A DNA stretch of 25,504 nt from Bacteriovoracaceae bacterium (GTDB taxonomy: Bacteria; Bdellovibrionota; Bacteriovoracia; Bacteriovoracales; Bacteriovoracaceae), in the NCBI GenBank assembly GCA_041586955.1, contig JBFGZE010000044.1, positions 1 through 25,504 on the forward strand, in the 5' to 3' direction. Numbering within the stretch: position 1 is the stretch's first letter; each line of letters begins with the position of its first letter. A model generated the notes under the pieces. It had not been told where the DNA came from. It made no database searches and saw nothing but the letters and a program-made list of their open reading frames with translations. This document shows, one piece after another, positions 1 through 7,953 of this stretch. The translations under genes and the position numbers were made by a program.

Positions 1-1629
1 AAAAGCTGGCTTGAAATTCAAGGTATGCATCTATGGGATAAAGTATATGAGCCTTTTAAAGACGACGAGAGTCAGAGTGGCCGTATTAATTTTAGGTCAA
101 CAAACTTACTTGAATACCACGTCGGGACTCAGTCTAGGATTAATCATCATGTTTCCTTGGCACGGTTTAAGGATTTAGATGTTATAAGGGATTACGATTT
201 TTTCGTTAGTGATAAGGTTAATGGAACAGAAATAGAGCAGTATGGCCTATTTGAGTTTCGAGACCCTCATTTTTATACAGGAATTGAGGCGAAGTACGGT
301 CAAAATACTCTTTATGATAGGCCTAATGAGTTTGATGACCGCTATGTTCAAATTTTACCTAAGGTCTCTTTCGGGATAACTCCTTTTTCTTTATGGTCCC
401 CACGATTGCCCGGGCTTTCTCAATTAAATTTAGAGGTTGAAGGTGATTACACTGTATTTAAACAAAATCATGTACAGGAAGACCTTTATATTCGTAACGC
501 TAATCGGCTTAACTTTCGCCCTAACTTAAATTTAAATTATGGAAAGGTGGGTCCTTTCAGGGCGAACACCCGCATGACTTTGGATTATCAGCAGTATGAT
601 TTCCCTCAAGAACAAGAGCAAAAAACATTTTCTAAGATTGGCTATTTAACTGAATCCGAGCTGTCTTTATCTTTATTTAAAGTTTATGGAGTGGCCTATC
701 GCGAAAAGGTATCCTACTCAGAAATCAAAAGAGACAAAGAAAAAGTACAGGATGTTCAAAAGAAAAAAGGTAAAGACGATGGCCTTATTGCTTATTTGCC
801 ACCAATTGAAAACAGTATTGTAAAGGACGAGGTTCTTCTCACCCAGTCGAGTATTAAGCATAATCAACGAGTCGGTTTAAGACATTATCAATTGTTCGAT
901 CAAACAGTGCGTGGTAATGAAAAGTTCGCTGGCCAGATTTTAACAGAGGATGGCCTTTTTGATCATTGGGATGCTCCTAGAGAAAAGGAATTTGAGTTTA
1001 ATGTCGAATCGGCGACTTCATCCTTGCCTTTAAAGAATACGGTGGAGTTTTTTTGGAATCATTCGATGATTAAAAAAACCCCCAAGGCCAGCTATAGGCT
1101 CTATGATCACAAATTATTATGGGATCATTTTAATTATTCAAAGGTTGGATATTTCGATATTTCCCAAGGTTATGATTTTTCGAGTGGTTCAAGTGATGTT
1201 ATAGACCATTTAACGCGATTACATATCGCGACGGGTTTAACATTTCGTCAGATTTCGTTTTCGGTCAGTGAAATTTATTATTATCGAACAAATGGCCATA
1301 TTATTAATTTTCAATGGAGTGGCAATTTCAAACGGTTTAAAATCTCAAATACTTTCCGCTATGACTCTTTCAGCGAGCCAGTTAGCAAAGACCTTATTTT
1401 TGATGGCCTGTTACATCTTAATGATCTTTTATCATTTGGATTAATCCTAGACTTTGATATTGCGGAAAAAAAGACGGAGCGAACAATTTATCGGGCGTTA
1501 TATACCCCTGTTAATAATTGTTGGAAAGTTGATGTTAAGCATGAGAGAAACAGGGCAGAGAATCGCTGGTCAGTGAATTTTCTCGTTAATTTTAGTAATA
1601 ATAATTTTACTTCCTTATCTGAGCATTAA
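1..1629 (+). CDS. lptD: LPS-assembly outer-membrane beta-barrel LptD, 5'-truncated by the window edge
   Basis: The frame is open from base 1, so the ATG at 25 is internal. The protein has aromatic-rich alternating beta-strands and ends with NNCWKVDV...WSVNFLVNF, containing the LptD-type CW motif. Confidence 0.7.
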   Translation, partial: KSWLEIQGMHLWDKVYEPFKDDESQSGRINFRSTNLLEYHVGTQSRINHHVSLARFKDLDVIRDYDFFVSDKVNGTEIEQYGLFEFRDPHFYTGIEAKYGQNTLYDRPNEFDDRYVQILPKVSFGITPFSLWSPRLPGLSQLNLEVEGDYTVFKQNHVQEDLYIRNANRLNFRPNLNLNYGKVGPFRANTRMTLDYQQYDFPQEQEQKTFSKIGYLTESELSLSLFKVYGVAYREKVSYSEIKRDKEKVQDVQKKKGKDDGLIAYLPPIENSIVKDEVLLTQSSIKHNQRVGLRHYQLFDQTVRGNEKFAGQILTEDGLFDHWDAPREKEFEFNVESATSSLPLKNTVEFFWNHSMIKKTPKASYRLYDHKLLWDHFNYSKVGYFDISQGYDFSSGSSDVIDHLTRLHIATGLTFRQISFSVSEIYYYRTNGHIINFQWSGNFKRFKISNTFRYDSFSEPVSKDLIFDGLLHLNDLLSFGLILDFDIAEKKTERTIYRALYTPVNNCWKVDVKHERNRAENRWSVNFLVNFSNNNFTSLSEH

Positions 1630-2261
1630 TGGCAATTTTATTAATTGATTTTGATGATAGTTTTACCTTTAATTTGAAAGGGTTGCTCGAAAGTCTTGGG
1701 GCAGAAGTTGAGGTCCTTAATCATAGAGATATCTGTTCTATGAATCTTATCGATATCACCAATAATTACTTAGCGGTGATTATTGGCCCAGGCCCTGGGC
1801 ATCCGGATGAGTATAGGCATCTCTATTCTACAATCCAGCAATTAATTTTATGTAACGATATTTACCTTATGGGAATTTGTTTGGGACACCAGTTAATTTG
1901 GTCTTGCCAGGAGTTTTCAATTATAAAAAGAGCGAACCCATTACATGGGGTTCGAGAAGACCTTTTTATCCCCGCTTGGGACGATCTTGATCCTCGTTTT
2001 TGGGGCCAAAAGATTGCGGTTCAATTATATAATTCCCTTCATGTTGATGCTGTCGGTAACGTGGAAAATTTTGCCTTCGGGAAAAATGAGGTTTTTATGG
2101 GGAAGCTTTCTAATGGGATAACGATGCAATTTCACCCCGAGTCAGTTGGTACTTCTTTCCCCGAAGTCTTTTTCTATGGCCTTAAGAAATTTATGTATAA
2201 TAAGGTTAATGAAACCGGATATAAGAATAGAAGGTCTTTACGATTTACGAACAGTTCATAA
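1629..2261 (+). CDS. Type 1 glutamine amidotransferase (anthranilate/aminodeoxychorismate synthase component II, TrpG/PabA family)
   Basis: Motifs ILLIDFDDSFTFNL, IIGPGPGHP, GICLGHQ (catalytic Cys) and QFHPES (His-Glu). The start overlaps the lptD stop (TAATG). Confidence 0.9.
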   Translation: MAILLIDFDDSFTFNLKGLLESLGAEVEVLNHRDICSMNLIDITNNYLAVIIGPGPGHPDEYRHLYSTIQQLILCNDIYLMGICLGHQLIWSCQEFSIIKRANPLHGVREDLFIPAWDDLDPRFWGQKIAVQLYNSLHVDAVGNVENFAFGKNEVFMGKLSNGITMQFHPESVGTSFPEVFFYGLKKFMYNKVNETGYKNRRSLRFTNSS

Positions 2262-2871
2262 GTGCCAATCTCTAGGCATTAAACATTTTCATTTCGATTT
2301 TCGTCCCAGATCTTTTAATTTTTTACAGCAATACCGTTACCTTGAATTAGAAAAGGCATTCCAAACGGGAGAAAGTCGTTATTTTCATTTTGAAAATGAA
2401 AGTGAAACAATGGTACAAAAGTTTTTAGATGATTTACCAGATAGAAATAACACCTTCCTTCAATTTAGTGATGACAGAGGCGCAGAATACTACGATCAAT
2501 TTAAAACCCCCTTTTATTGGCATTATGATCCATTCGCTAAACAAAATATCCCGAAAAGTGGCCAGTTTATTAAAGGTATTATTCTTAATTTTAATGATAT
2601 TCAGGCCATTCATGGAGCAGACCAAATTTATAACTTTTCGAGTAATCTTCTTGGCCATACCTTGGGCTTATTTGAACAAAAAAATTTAGAAATTCATTTA
2701 ACCATTGCCTGGGATGCAAATATATTTCCCAGCTTATTAGACCTCTTTTCTTTCAAAACGATTAGCCTACCTATTAATAATCAGGTTGAAATATGCTATA
2801 GAAACGTTAATCTTCCAAAAGTTGAAGAAGGCATCAAATATTTTTCCAATCATTTTGGTAAAAGGATATAG
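2209..2871 (+). CDS. Hypothetical protein with degenerate phosphoribosylanthranilate isomerase (TrpF)-like N-terminus
   Basis: The likely start is ATG 2209. IRIEGLYD...LGIKHFHFDFRPRSFNFL parallels TrpF VKICGI...LGADALGFVFYPKSPRYV, but the catalytic Cys is replaced by Glu. Confidence 0.5.
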   Translation: MKPDIRIEGLYDLRTVHKCQSLGIKHFHFDFRPRSFNFLQQYRYLELEKAFQTGESRYFHFENESETMVQKFLDDLPDRNNTFLQFSDDRGAEYYDQFKTPFYWHYDPFAKQNIPKSGQFIKGIILNFNDIQAIHGADQIYNFSSNLLGHTLGLFEQKNLEIHLTIAWDANIFPSLLDLFSFKTISLPINNQVEICYRNVNLPKVEEGIKYFSNHFGKRI

Positions 2872-2874
2872 ATA

Positions 2875-3642
2875 ATGGTTAAGGTTTTACTCGTTAATGA
2901 TGATGGTGTTCATGCGCCTGGTATTAATGAATTATTTAAAAAGTTAAAAACGATTGCGGATGTTACTGTTGTCGCTCCTCTACAAGAACGGTCAACGACG
3001 GGGCACACTTTGAGTTTGGATCATCCTTTACGCGTACAAAAAGTATCAGACCGAATTTTTGGCTGCACAGGTTTTCCTGCAGATTGTAGTTTAATGGGTG
3101 TTAGTGAAATCTTAGGAAATGCCCGTCCTGATGTTGTGATTAGCGGTATCAATCGTGGGGCCAATTTAGGGCAAGATATTTATTACTCCGGAACAGTCGC
3201 AGCAGCAAGAGAAGCTATATTTCACAATGTGCCGGCCTTATCAATTAGCTTAACGACTATTGATTCTTCCATTAATTCACATTATGAAAGTGCTTCTGAA
3301 GTGGCCAAAATTTTTGTTGAAACTCGTGCCTTTGAAAACTTAGCTCCTATGGAGCTTATCAATATTAATGTTCCAAATCTCCCCTGGCCTGATATTAAAG
3401 GCTCTTCTTTTGGTGGATTAGGTTTTCGTAATTATAGGGAAAATGTTGGCGAGAGAACTGATTTTCGTAATAGGAAATATTTTTGGATCGGTGGAAATTA
3501 TCAGGGTCATGAAGGTAAAGTTGATACTGATTGTCAGATAATTGACGAAGAAAAAATTTCCCTAACTCTTATAAATCTTTTGCAGGGAGTAGCCGAAGAG
3601 AATGGCAAGTGGACTTCCTTTCTCAATGCTTTAAATCATTAA
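2875..3642 (+). CDS. surE: 5'/3'-nucleotidase SurE
   Basis: Motifs LLVNDDGVHAPG, VVAP, SGINRGANLG, YSGTVAAA and ININVP. Confidence 0.96.
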   Translation: MVKVLLVNDDGVHAPGINELFKKLKTIADVTVVAPLQERSTTGHTLSLDHPLRVQKVSDRIFGCTGFPADCSLMGVSEILGNARPDVVISGINRGANLGQDIYYSGTVAAAREAIFHNVPALSISLTTIDSSINSHYESASEVAKIFVETRAFENLAPMELININVPNLPWPDIKGSSFGGLGFRNYRENVGERTDFRNRKYFWIGGNYQGHEGKVDTDCQIIDEEKISLTLINLLQGVAEENGKWTSFLNALNH

Positions 3643-3653
3643 TTGATTAAAGA

Positions 3654-3673
3654 GGAGTCCTTTGGAGGACTCC
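3654..3673 (+). promoter_or_regulatory. Hairpin overlapping the Shine-Dalgarno of the M23 peptidase gene
   Basis: Perfect 8-bp stem GGAGTCCT-ttgg-AGGACTCC. The GGAGG at 3664-3668 lies 6 nt before the TTG start at 3675. Confidence 0.55.
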
Positions 3674-3674
3674 C

Positions 3675-4313
3675 TTGAATAAAATATGTTTATTCATATT
3701 TTTTATCTTTTTGATGGGTTGTGGACACTTTCCTAGTGGACGCTATATCCAAGTCCAGCGCTCGGTTTCTTCAAAAGAACTTGGAAAGGTTTTGAATATT
3801 CCTTCTTGGCAAATAGAAAAATCAAATAAAAAAAATGAATTTAAAGAAGGTGATTGGGTCTATTTACCACATTCTAGCGGCATCCTAGGGCAAGCGGCAA
3901 AATCCTTAAGTATTGATGAGGTTTTGAGTAATCGGAGCTTTTTATGGCCTGTTCCTTCAAGCACAAAAATTACTAGTCGCTTTGGTAAGCGCTGGGGGAA
4001 AAAGCATGAAGGAATCGATATTGCTGGCCGAAGTGGTAGCCATATTGTTTCAACTATGGATGGAGTCGTCGTTTATTCTGGCAATAAGATGGGTGGGTAC
4101 GGGAATATTACCATTATTTCCCACGCCGGTGGCTATTTTAGTATTTACGCTCATGCGAAAAAGAATTTTACCAGACGTGGAGAACGTGTGGTGCGTGGCC
4201 AGGTCATTGCTCAAGTGGGCTCCACTGGCCGGTCTACTGGCCCCCATCTGCATTTTGAAATCCGTCGCAATTCCAGGCCCATTAATCCCAAAAAACTATT
4301 GTCTCTTAAATAA
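3675..4313 (+). CDS. NlpD-like lipoprotein, M23 family metallopeptidase with a degenerate LysM-like region
   Basis: Lipoprotein signal ending LMGC. M23 motifs FLWPV, HEGID, GYGN, YAH and TGRSTGPHLHFE. The surE-nlpD synteny is conserved. Confidence 0.9.
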   Translation: MNKICLFIFFIFLMGCGHFPSGRYIQVQRSVSSKELGKVLNIPSWQIEKSNKKNEFKEGDWVYLPHSSGILGQAAKSLSIDEVLSNRSFLWPVPSSTKITSRFGKRWGKKHEGIDIAGRSGSHIVSTMDGVVVYSGNKMGGYGNITIISHAGGYFSIYAHAKKNFTRRGERVVRGQVIAQVGSTGRSTGPHLHFEIRRNSRPINPKKLLSLK

Positions 4314-4886
4314 TTCTAAAATTTTGAGATACATTTTAGCGGTATTGAGTGCGTCTTCTAAGGCGGTATGACAAACATCGCCCATTTTTAAAAATTTCAT
4401 CAGGCCAGTTCCTGAGCTACACTCTTCAGGAATATAATTCATATCAATTAATTGATAGGCCACTGATGTTAAGTCTAATTGTCTGTGTTGAAAGTGGTTT
4501 CTCATGAATTCATGACCTAGGTCTCGTGATAGAAACGGCAGATCGATGGCACTTAGAGATTTTCCAAATAATGTAATTTGATTGTTTTTACCGAAGTAGT
4601 TGATAATTTTTTCTGATGTTAAATAGGCCGCCAGACCTTCCCGAAAGCTTTCTAGAGTAATTCCCTCAGCGTGAGATTTTTCAATGAGTTTTTTATTATG
4701 ATCTATGACCCAAGGATTAAGGTTGGGCCTCAATTCTTCAAAGCTTGGGCATTTTATATAATGGTGAAAAGTGAGTTTATCTTCAATTTTGCTTTCCTTT
4801 GAACAAAAAGGTACAGCAGCAAATTCAATGATTAAGTCTTCGGGCATAAGGCCTGTGGCCTCAATATCAATTGATAAATATTTCAA
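4296..4886 (-). CDS. DEDDh 3'-5' exonuclease (DnaQ/oligoribonuclease-like)
   Basis: ExoI SIDIEATG, ExoII IDLPFL and ExoIII HTALEDA motifs. The TTG start overlaps the upstream TGA. Confidence 0.85.
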   Translation of the reverse strand: MKYLSIDIEATGLMPEDLIIEFAAVPFCSKESKIEDKLTFHHYIKCPSFEELRPNLNPWVIDHNKKLIEKSHAEGITLESFREGLAAYLTSEKIINYFGKNNQITLFGKSLSAIDLPFLSRDLGHEFMRNHFQHRQLDLTSVAYQLIDMNYIPEECSSGTGLMKFLKMGDVCHTALEDALNTAKMYLKILELFKRQ

Positions 4887-5776
4887 GGGATAATCCTTTT
4901 TTCGAGCTTTATTTTTGTATTAATGGGGCAATGATCACTGACGTGGGTATAACTTGATCCTAACTGCATTTCATTAGAGGGAAAGCAAAAATTTTGTTGG
5001 CAATGAGCAAAAGTCTTTGATTGATAAGATAACGGGGAAAAATTATGAAAAAGAATATGATCTATTTTTGAGGGATAAAAAAGGCGATCATTGATACCTC
5101 CCCACCAATAACTACTACATTTAATAGTTTGGGTTGCATTGACTAGATTTATAAATTGATCATTGAGCTTAGAGAAGAACATTTCTTCAGTCATATTAAA
5201 GTCACCAAGAATAATATGAGGAAGATTATTATTTTTGGTGAGCCAGAGACTTAAATACTTTACTTGTTTTTCCCGTTTAACTTGGGCCTTGTCATCGCTA
5301 CCGGCCTTGAGATGTAGATTTATAATTTGGATAAGAGTTGAATTATAATTTTCTTTTAAAGTTAAGACGAGAGCAGGCCTAAGTCCATAGTGACAATTTT
5401 TTTGTAAGGACATTTCGCTAATTTCTTCTTTCTTTATGAATGAAAATAAGCGTTTGTCGTAAATGATTCCCAGGTATTGTTGACCAAGGCCACCGCAAGA
5501 TGAAGTTATTAATTCGTAAAAGGGAAATTTCTCAGTTAATTGCTTACGGAAGGTCTCTGGGGTTTTAAGTTCTTGGATAGCTAATAGATGAGATTGTTTT
5601 TTTTTAATGAAGGAGAATATTTTTTCTTTCTTGAGAGAGGTCGAAGGACCCCTTTTTGACCAAAAGTTTCTTAAGTTAAAGCTTGTGATATTAAATTCCT
5701 CTGATTTTGTTTCGCCAAATATATGGGTTGAAAAGCAGAGAGAGACAAATGAAATCAGTAAAAATAAGTTTTGCAT
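4883..5776 (-). CDS. Secreted endonuclease/exonuclease/phosphatase (EEP) family protein
   Basis: N-terminal hydrophobic signal. Motifs SFNL, AIQE, HLKAG, GDFN, IDHI and SDHCPI. Confidence 0.88.
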   Translation of the reverse strand: MQNLFLLISFVSLCFSTHIFGETKSEEFNITSFNLRNFWSKRGPSTSLKKEKIFSFIKKKQSHLLAIQELKTPETFRKQLTEKFPFYELITSSCGGLGQQYLGIIYDKRLFSFIKKEEISEMSLQKNCHYGLRPALVLTLKENYNSTLIQIINLHLKAGSDDKAQVKREKQVKYLSLWLTKNNNLPHIILGDFNMTEEMFFSKLNDQFINLVNATQTIKCSSYWWGGINDRLFYPSKIDHILFHNFSPLSYQSKTFAHCQQNFCFPSNEMQLGSSYTHVSDHCPINTKIKLEKRIIP

Positions 5777-5783
5777 TGTTGAT

Positions 5784-5813
5784 ATGATACCGAGGAGAGG
5801 AGAGGGTTGGCAA
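5784..5813 (-). promoter_or_regulatory. Putative sigma70 promoter of the EEP nuclease gene, probably giving a leaderless mRNA
   Basis: TTGCCA (5813-5808), 18-bp spacer, TATCAT (5789-5784). The ATG follows 7 nt later with no SD. Confidence 0.5.
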
Positions 5814-5818
5814 TGGCC

Positions 5819-6076
5819 CTAGAGGTAATCGATGGTAATAATAATATCCTGGGTAGGTGAACTTTGATTACTTAATTCGAATGGAGATATTTGGCAACTC
5901 ATAATATCCTGATTAACAACGCATTTTTGGCAATGACCTCTCCCAATGCAGCTACTGGCAATAGGAATATTGTGGCGCTGGAGAATGCCCATCAGGTTTT
6001 CGTGCTCATTTTCTTTAGGGATTGTTAGCTCCAAGATAACCTGAGAGGAGGCCAGCCCCTTGATGACTAATCGCAT
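5819..6076 (-). CDS. Small 2Fe-2S ferredoxin-like protein
   Basis: IPIASSCIGRGHCQKC...MSCQ gives C-x5-C-x2-C plus a distal Cys. Confidence 0.82.
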   Translation of the reverse strand: MRLVIKGLASSQVILELTIPKENEHENLMGILQRHNIPIASSCIGRGHCQKCVVNQDIMSCQISPFELSNQSSPTQDIIITIDYL

Positions 6077-7314
6077 AAAAGATGTGTTGGTTGTCTCTCA
6101 TCGATAACTAAGCTGGACTCCTTGTTTTTCCAAATTAGTCCCCATACTTCACCAATTTTTCTGGAATGATATGGGTTTAGTTTGGTGGAAAGAATACGAT
6201 CAACTTCTTGACTGGGGAGAGATTGTGACTCAAATATATAGCGGCTAGGATTAGTCGTTTTAATATGACGTGCCTGTTTCAATAACTTTATTAAGCTCAC
6301 TTTATCGTGGCCAATGACAGCTTCGTCCATCGTTAGCTGGTGAAGGATTTGGCCACTATCAGGACCACGTAATGAAAAAAGGGCCATTTGTGATGTTTCA
6401 TTTTTTTGATGGCAAAAGGACAAGGGAGTGAGAGCGTTTTTAGATATCAATGGGCCTTTTGGAGAGTTGACTTTGATAAAATCTGGGCCATTACTTGTAA
6501 CACCGACAAATATTTTGTTCTTAAAGATAAGAGAGAAAATATTAAAATTGGAATCCCATTCTTTTGAGTTTACAACAACTTGGTGATCGTAGAGGCCAAA
6601 ATCAAGGTTGCACTTAAGACCTTTTTTAGAAGTGGGGAAAAGGGGTGGGGCAAACTGCTTTGTGGATACGCCCGTTTGAAGATTATTTTTCATAAAGGGT
6701 AATAATTGAAATCGTTTGAAAGTTTCTCCAACGTTGAGTGGTTGTCCTGCCCGAAAAAATAGACCTTCGAGGGCCTTCTTTTTTTGAGTAAAGAATGGTG
6801 ATGACTGATTTTCTTGAAGAAAGTGCGATAGGTATTGATCAACCTTGATCCTGTCAGGTAAACGCCCCTCTATATGGCGCGTGAGTGAAAGCAGAGGGTT
6901 TACGCCACCTGCAAGGTGTTGGAGTCCGATTAAAAATGGCCATTTGATTGATTGGTTTTTTTCCATCAAATTATTAAAGTCATTGGCCTGAAATTTATCC
7001 TTATCTACAATGAGATAATAGAAGCGAGAACCTGGGGTGGTTGTCTCGGGCCTAAAATAAAGCTGGGTTAACGCCAATATTGCAGCGGCCTTTTTAAAGG
7101 AAATATTAGGATGACGTTTTAAATAATCCAATAAAAACGTATTCGCTTGTAGGGACTTGGAGCCTATACTAAGTGCTGTATTTGCTTCGCAGGAAACTTT
7201 AGCATTGGCGGGAACAATCTCAACGCTCTTTTGTTCTGAGTTAATAAGGTGAACAATGCTACTGCAGCTGACTGAAAGGGCAAATATAAAAGGAAGAACA
7301 AATTGAACTTTCAT
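6067..7314 (-). CDS. Hypothetical lipoprotein
   Basis: 415-aa ORF with signal MKVQFVLPFIFALSVSC. It overlaps both neighbours, and no domain was recognised. Confidence 0.7.
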   Translation of the reverse strand: MKVQFVLPFIFALSVSCSSIVHLINSEQKSVEIVPANAKVSCEANTALSIGSKSLQANTFLLDYLKRHPNISFKKAAAILALTQLYFRPETTTPGSRFYYLIVDKDKFQANDFNNLMEKNQSIKWPFLIGLQHLAGGVNPLLSLTRHIEGRLPDRIKVDQYLSHFLQENQSSPFFTQKKKALEGLFFRAGQPLNVGETFKRFQLLPFMKNNLQTGVSTKQFAPPLFPTSKKGLKCNLDFGLYDHQVVVNSKEWDSNFNIFSLIFKNKIFVGVTSNGPDFIKVNSPKGPLISKNALTPLSFCHQKNETSQMALFSLRGPDSGQILHQLTMDEAVIGHDKVSLIKLLKQARHIKTTNPSRYIFESQSLPSQEVDRILSTKLNPYHSRKIGEVWGLIWKNKESSLVIDERQPTHLLCD

Positions 7315-7670
7315 AGATCGTTTGAGATCTCTAATTGGGGACCTCGCTCTTCATAGTGGAGGGCCTGTTCAGTGTGGCCAAAGCTTTCAGGAAAATTATC
7401 AAGGTTTAATTCTTGAGCTTTTAGATTTAATGCCTTTAAAGTGAATAAAACCCACATACCCGACCCCGATTCTCCTGTATGTGATTGAGTTTGAACATTA
7501 AGGATCTCAAAACCTTGATTAACAAAATGATAGAAGATTTTATCAAATTCTTTTTCTCTATAGCCGGTTTTTCTACGAGGTGGCGCCGGAATATAATAGG
7601 TAAATGTCTGAATTTTAAAAGAATCTCTTCCCAGTATAAAATTATAGGCCCTTTTAAAATGTTTAAACAT
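7311..7670 (-). CDS. Hypothetical protein
   Basis: 119-aa ORF with an AAGGA SD. Its stop overlaps the next start (ATGA). Confidence 0.7.
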   Translation of the reverse strand: MFKHFKRAYNFILGRDSFKIQTFTYYIPAPPRRKTGYREKEFDKIFYHFVNQGFEILNVQTQSHTGESGSGMWVLFTLKALNLKAQELNLDNFPESFGHTEQALHYEERGPQLEISNDL

Positions 7671-7703
7671 ATTCTATTTCCTTGAGGATTTATTGGGGAC
7701 TTT

Positions 7704-7732
7704 ATTTTCTCCCGACCCTAAAGAAACGTCAA
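7704..7732 (-). promoter_or_regulatory. Putative sigma70 promoter for the leftward gene block
   Basis: TTGACG (7732-7727), 17-bp spacer, GAAAAT (7709-7704). Confidence 0.45.
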
Positions 7733-7758
7733 ATGATCAGCGATAAAATTTTCTTGGG

Positions 7759-7780
7759 AAAGATTTGCCCAAAAATCTTT
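7759..7780. promoter_or_regulatory. Palindromic putative transcription-factor site
   Basis: Perfect 8-bp inverted repeat AAAGATTT-gcccaa-AAATCTTT between divergent promoters. Confidence 0.45.
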
Positions 7781-7806
7781 TTTCTTTTTTGCATAAAAAT
7801 ATAGGT

Positions 7807-7812
7807 TATAAT
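7807..7812 (+). promoter_or_regulatory. -10 box of the candidate sRNA
   Basis: Perfect TATAAT with no plus-strand gene downstream and no canonical -35 at 16-18 bp. Confidence 0.55.
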
Positions 7813-7816
7813 AAGA

Positions 7817-7895
7817 TTGTGGATGACAGGAAGTTATTCATAAGTAGGCAGGAAGCCAAAAGAGAGGGGCCTTTGCAGGGGGCCCCTTTTTTTTT
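7817..7895 (+). ncRNA. Candidate CsrA/RsmA-binding small RNA (Csr/Rsm-like)
   Basis: Hairpin 1 is TTGTGGATGAC-AGGAA-GTTATTCATAA (11 bp with G-U pairs). Hairpin 2 is GGC-AGGAA-GCC. An intrinsic terminator follows, and TATAAT precedes the unit. Confidence 0.65.
7858..7895 (+). terminator. Rho-independent terminator, possibly also serving the convergent scoB operon
   Basis: AGGGGCCTTT-GCA-GGGGGCCCCT followed by a T run to 7895. The G-U pairs favour the plus strand; the minus strand gives a weaker stem with a CTCTCTTTT tail. Confidence 0.8.
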
Positions 7896-7953
7896 GTTCG
7901 AGAGTCCAATTTAAATTTCATTAAACTCAAAGCAAATTTTCAATCGTTATCAT

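Noticed and set aside
3982..4371. 129-aa alternative-frame ORF within the M23 gene
   Set aside because: An off-frame shadow with no motifs; the M23 frame carries all conserved residues.
7789..7794. TTGCAT as the -35 of the sRNA promoter
   Set aside because: It lies only 12 bp from TATAAT, too short for sigma70.
7819..7843. Micro-ORF MTGSYS (7823-7843) or a GTG-started peptide within the candidate sRNA
   Set aside because: There is no usable SD, the start is buried in the stem, and the RNA structure explains the sequence better.
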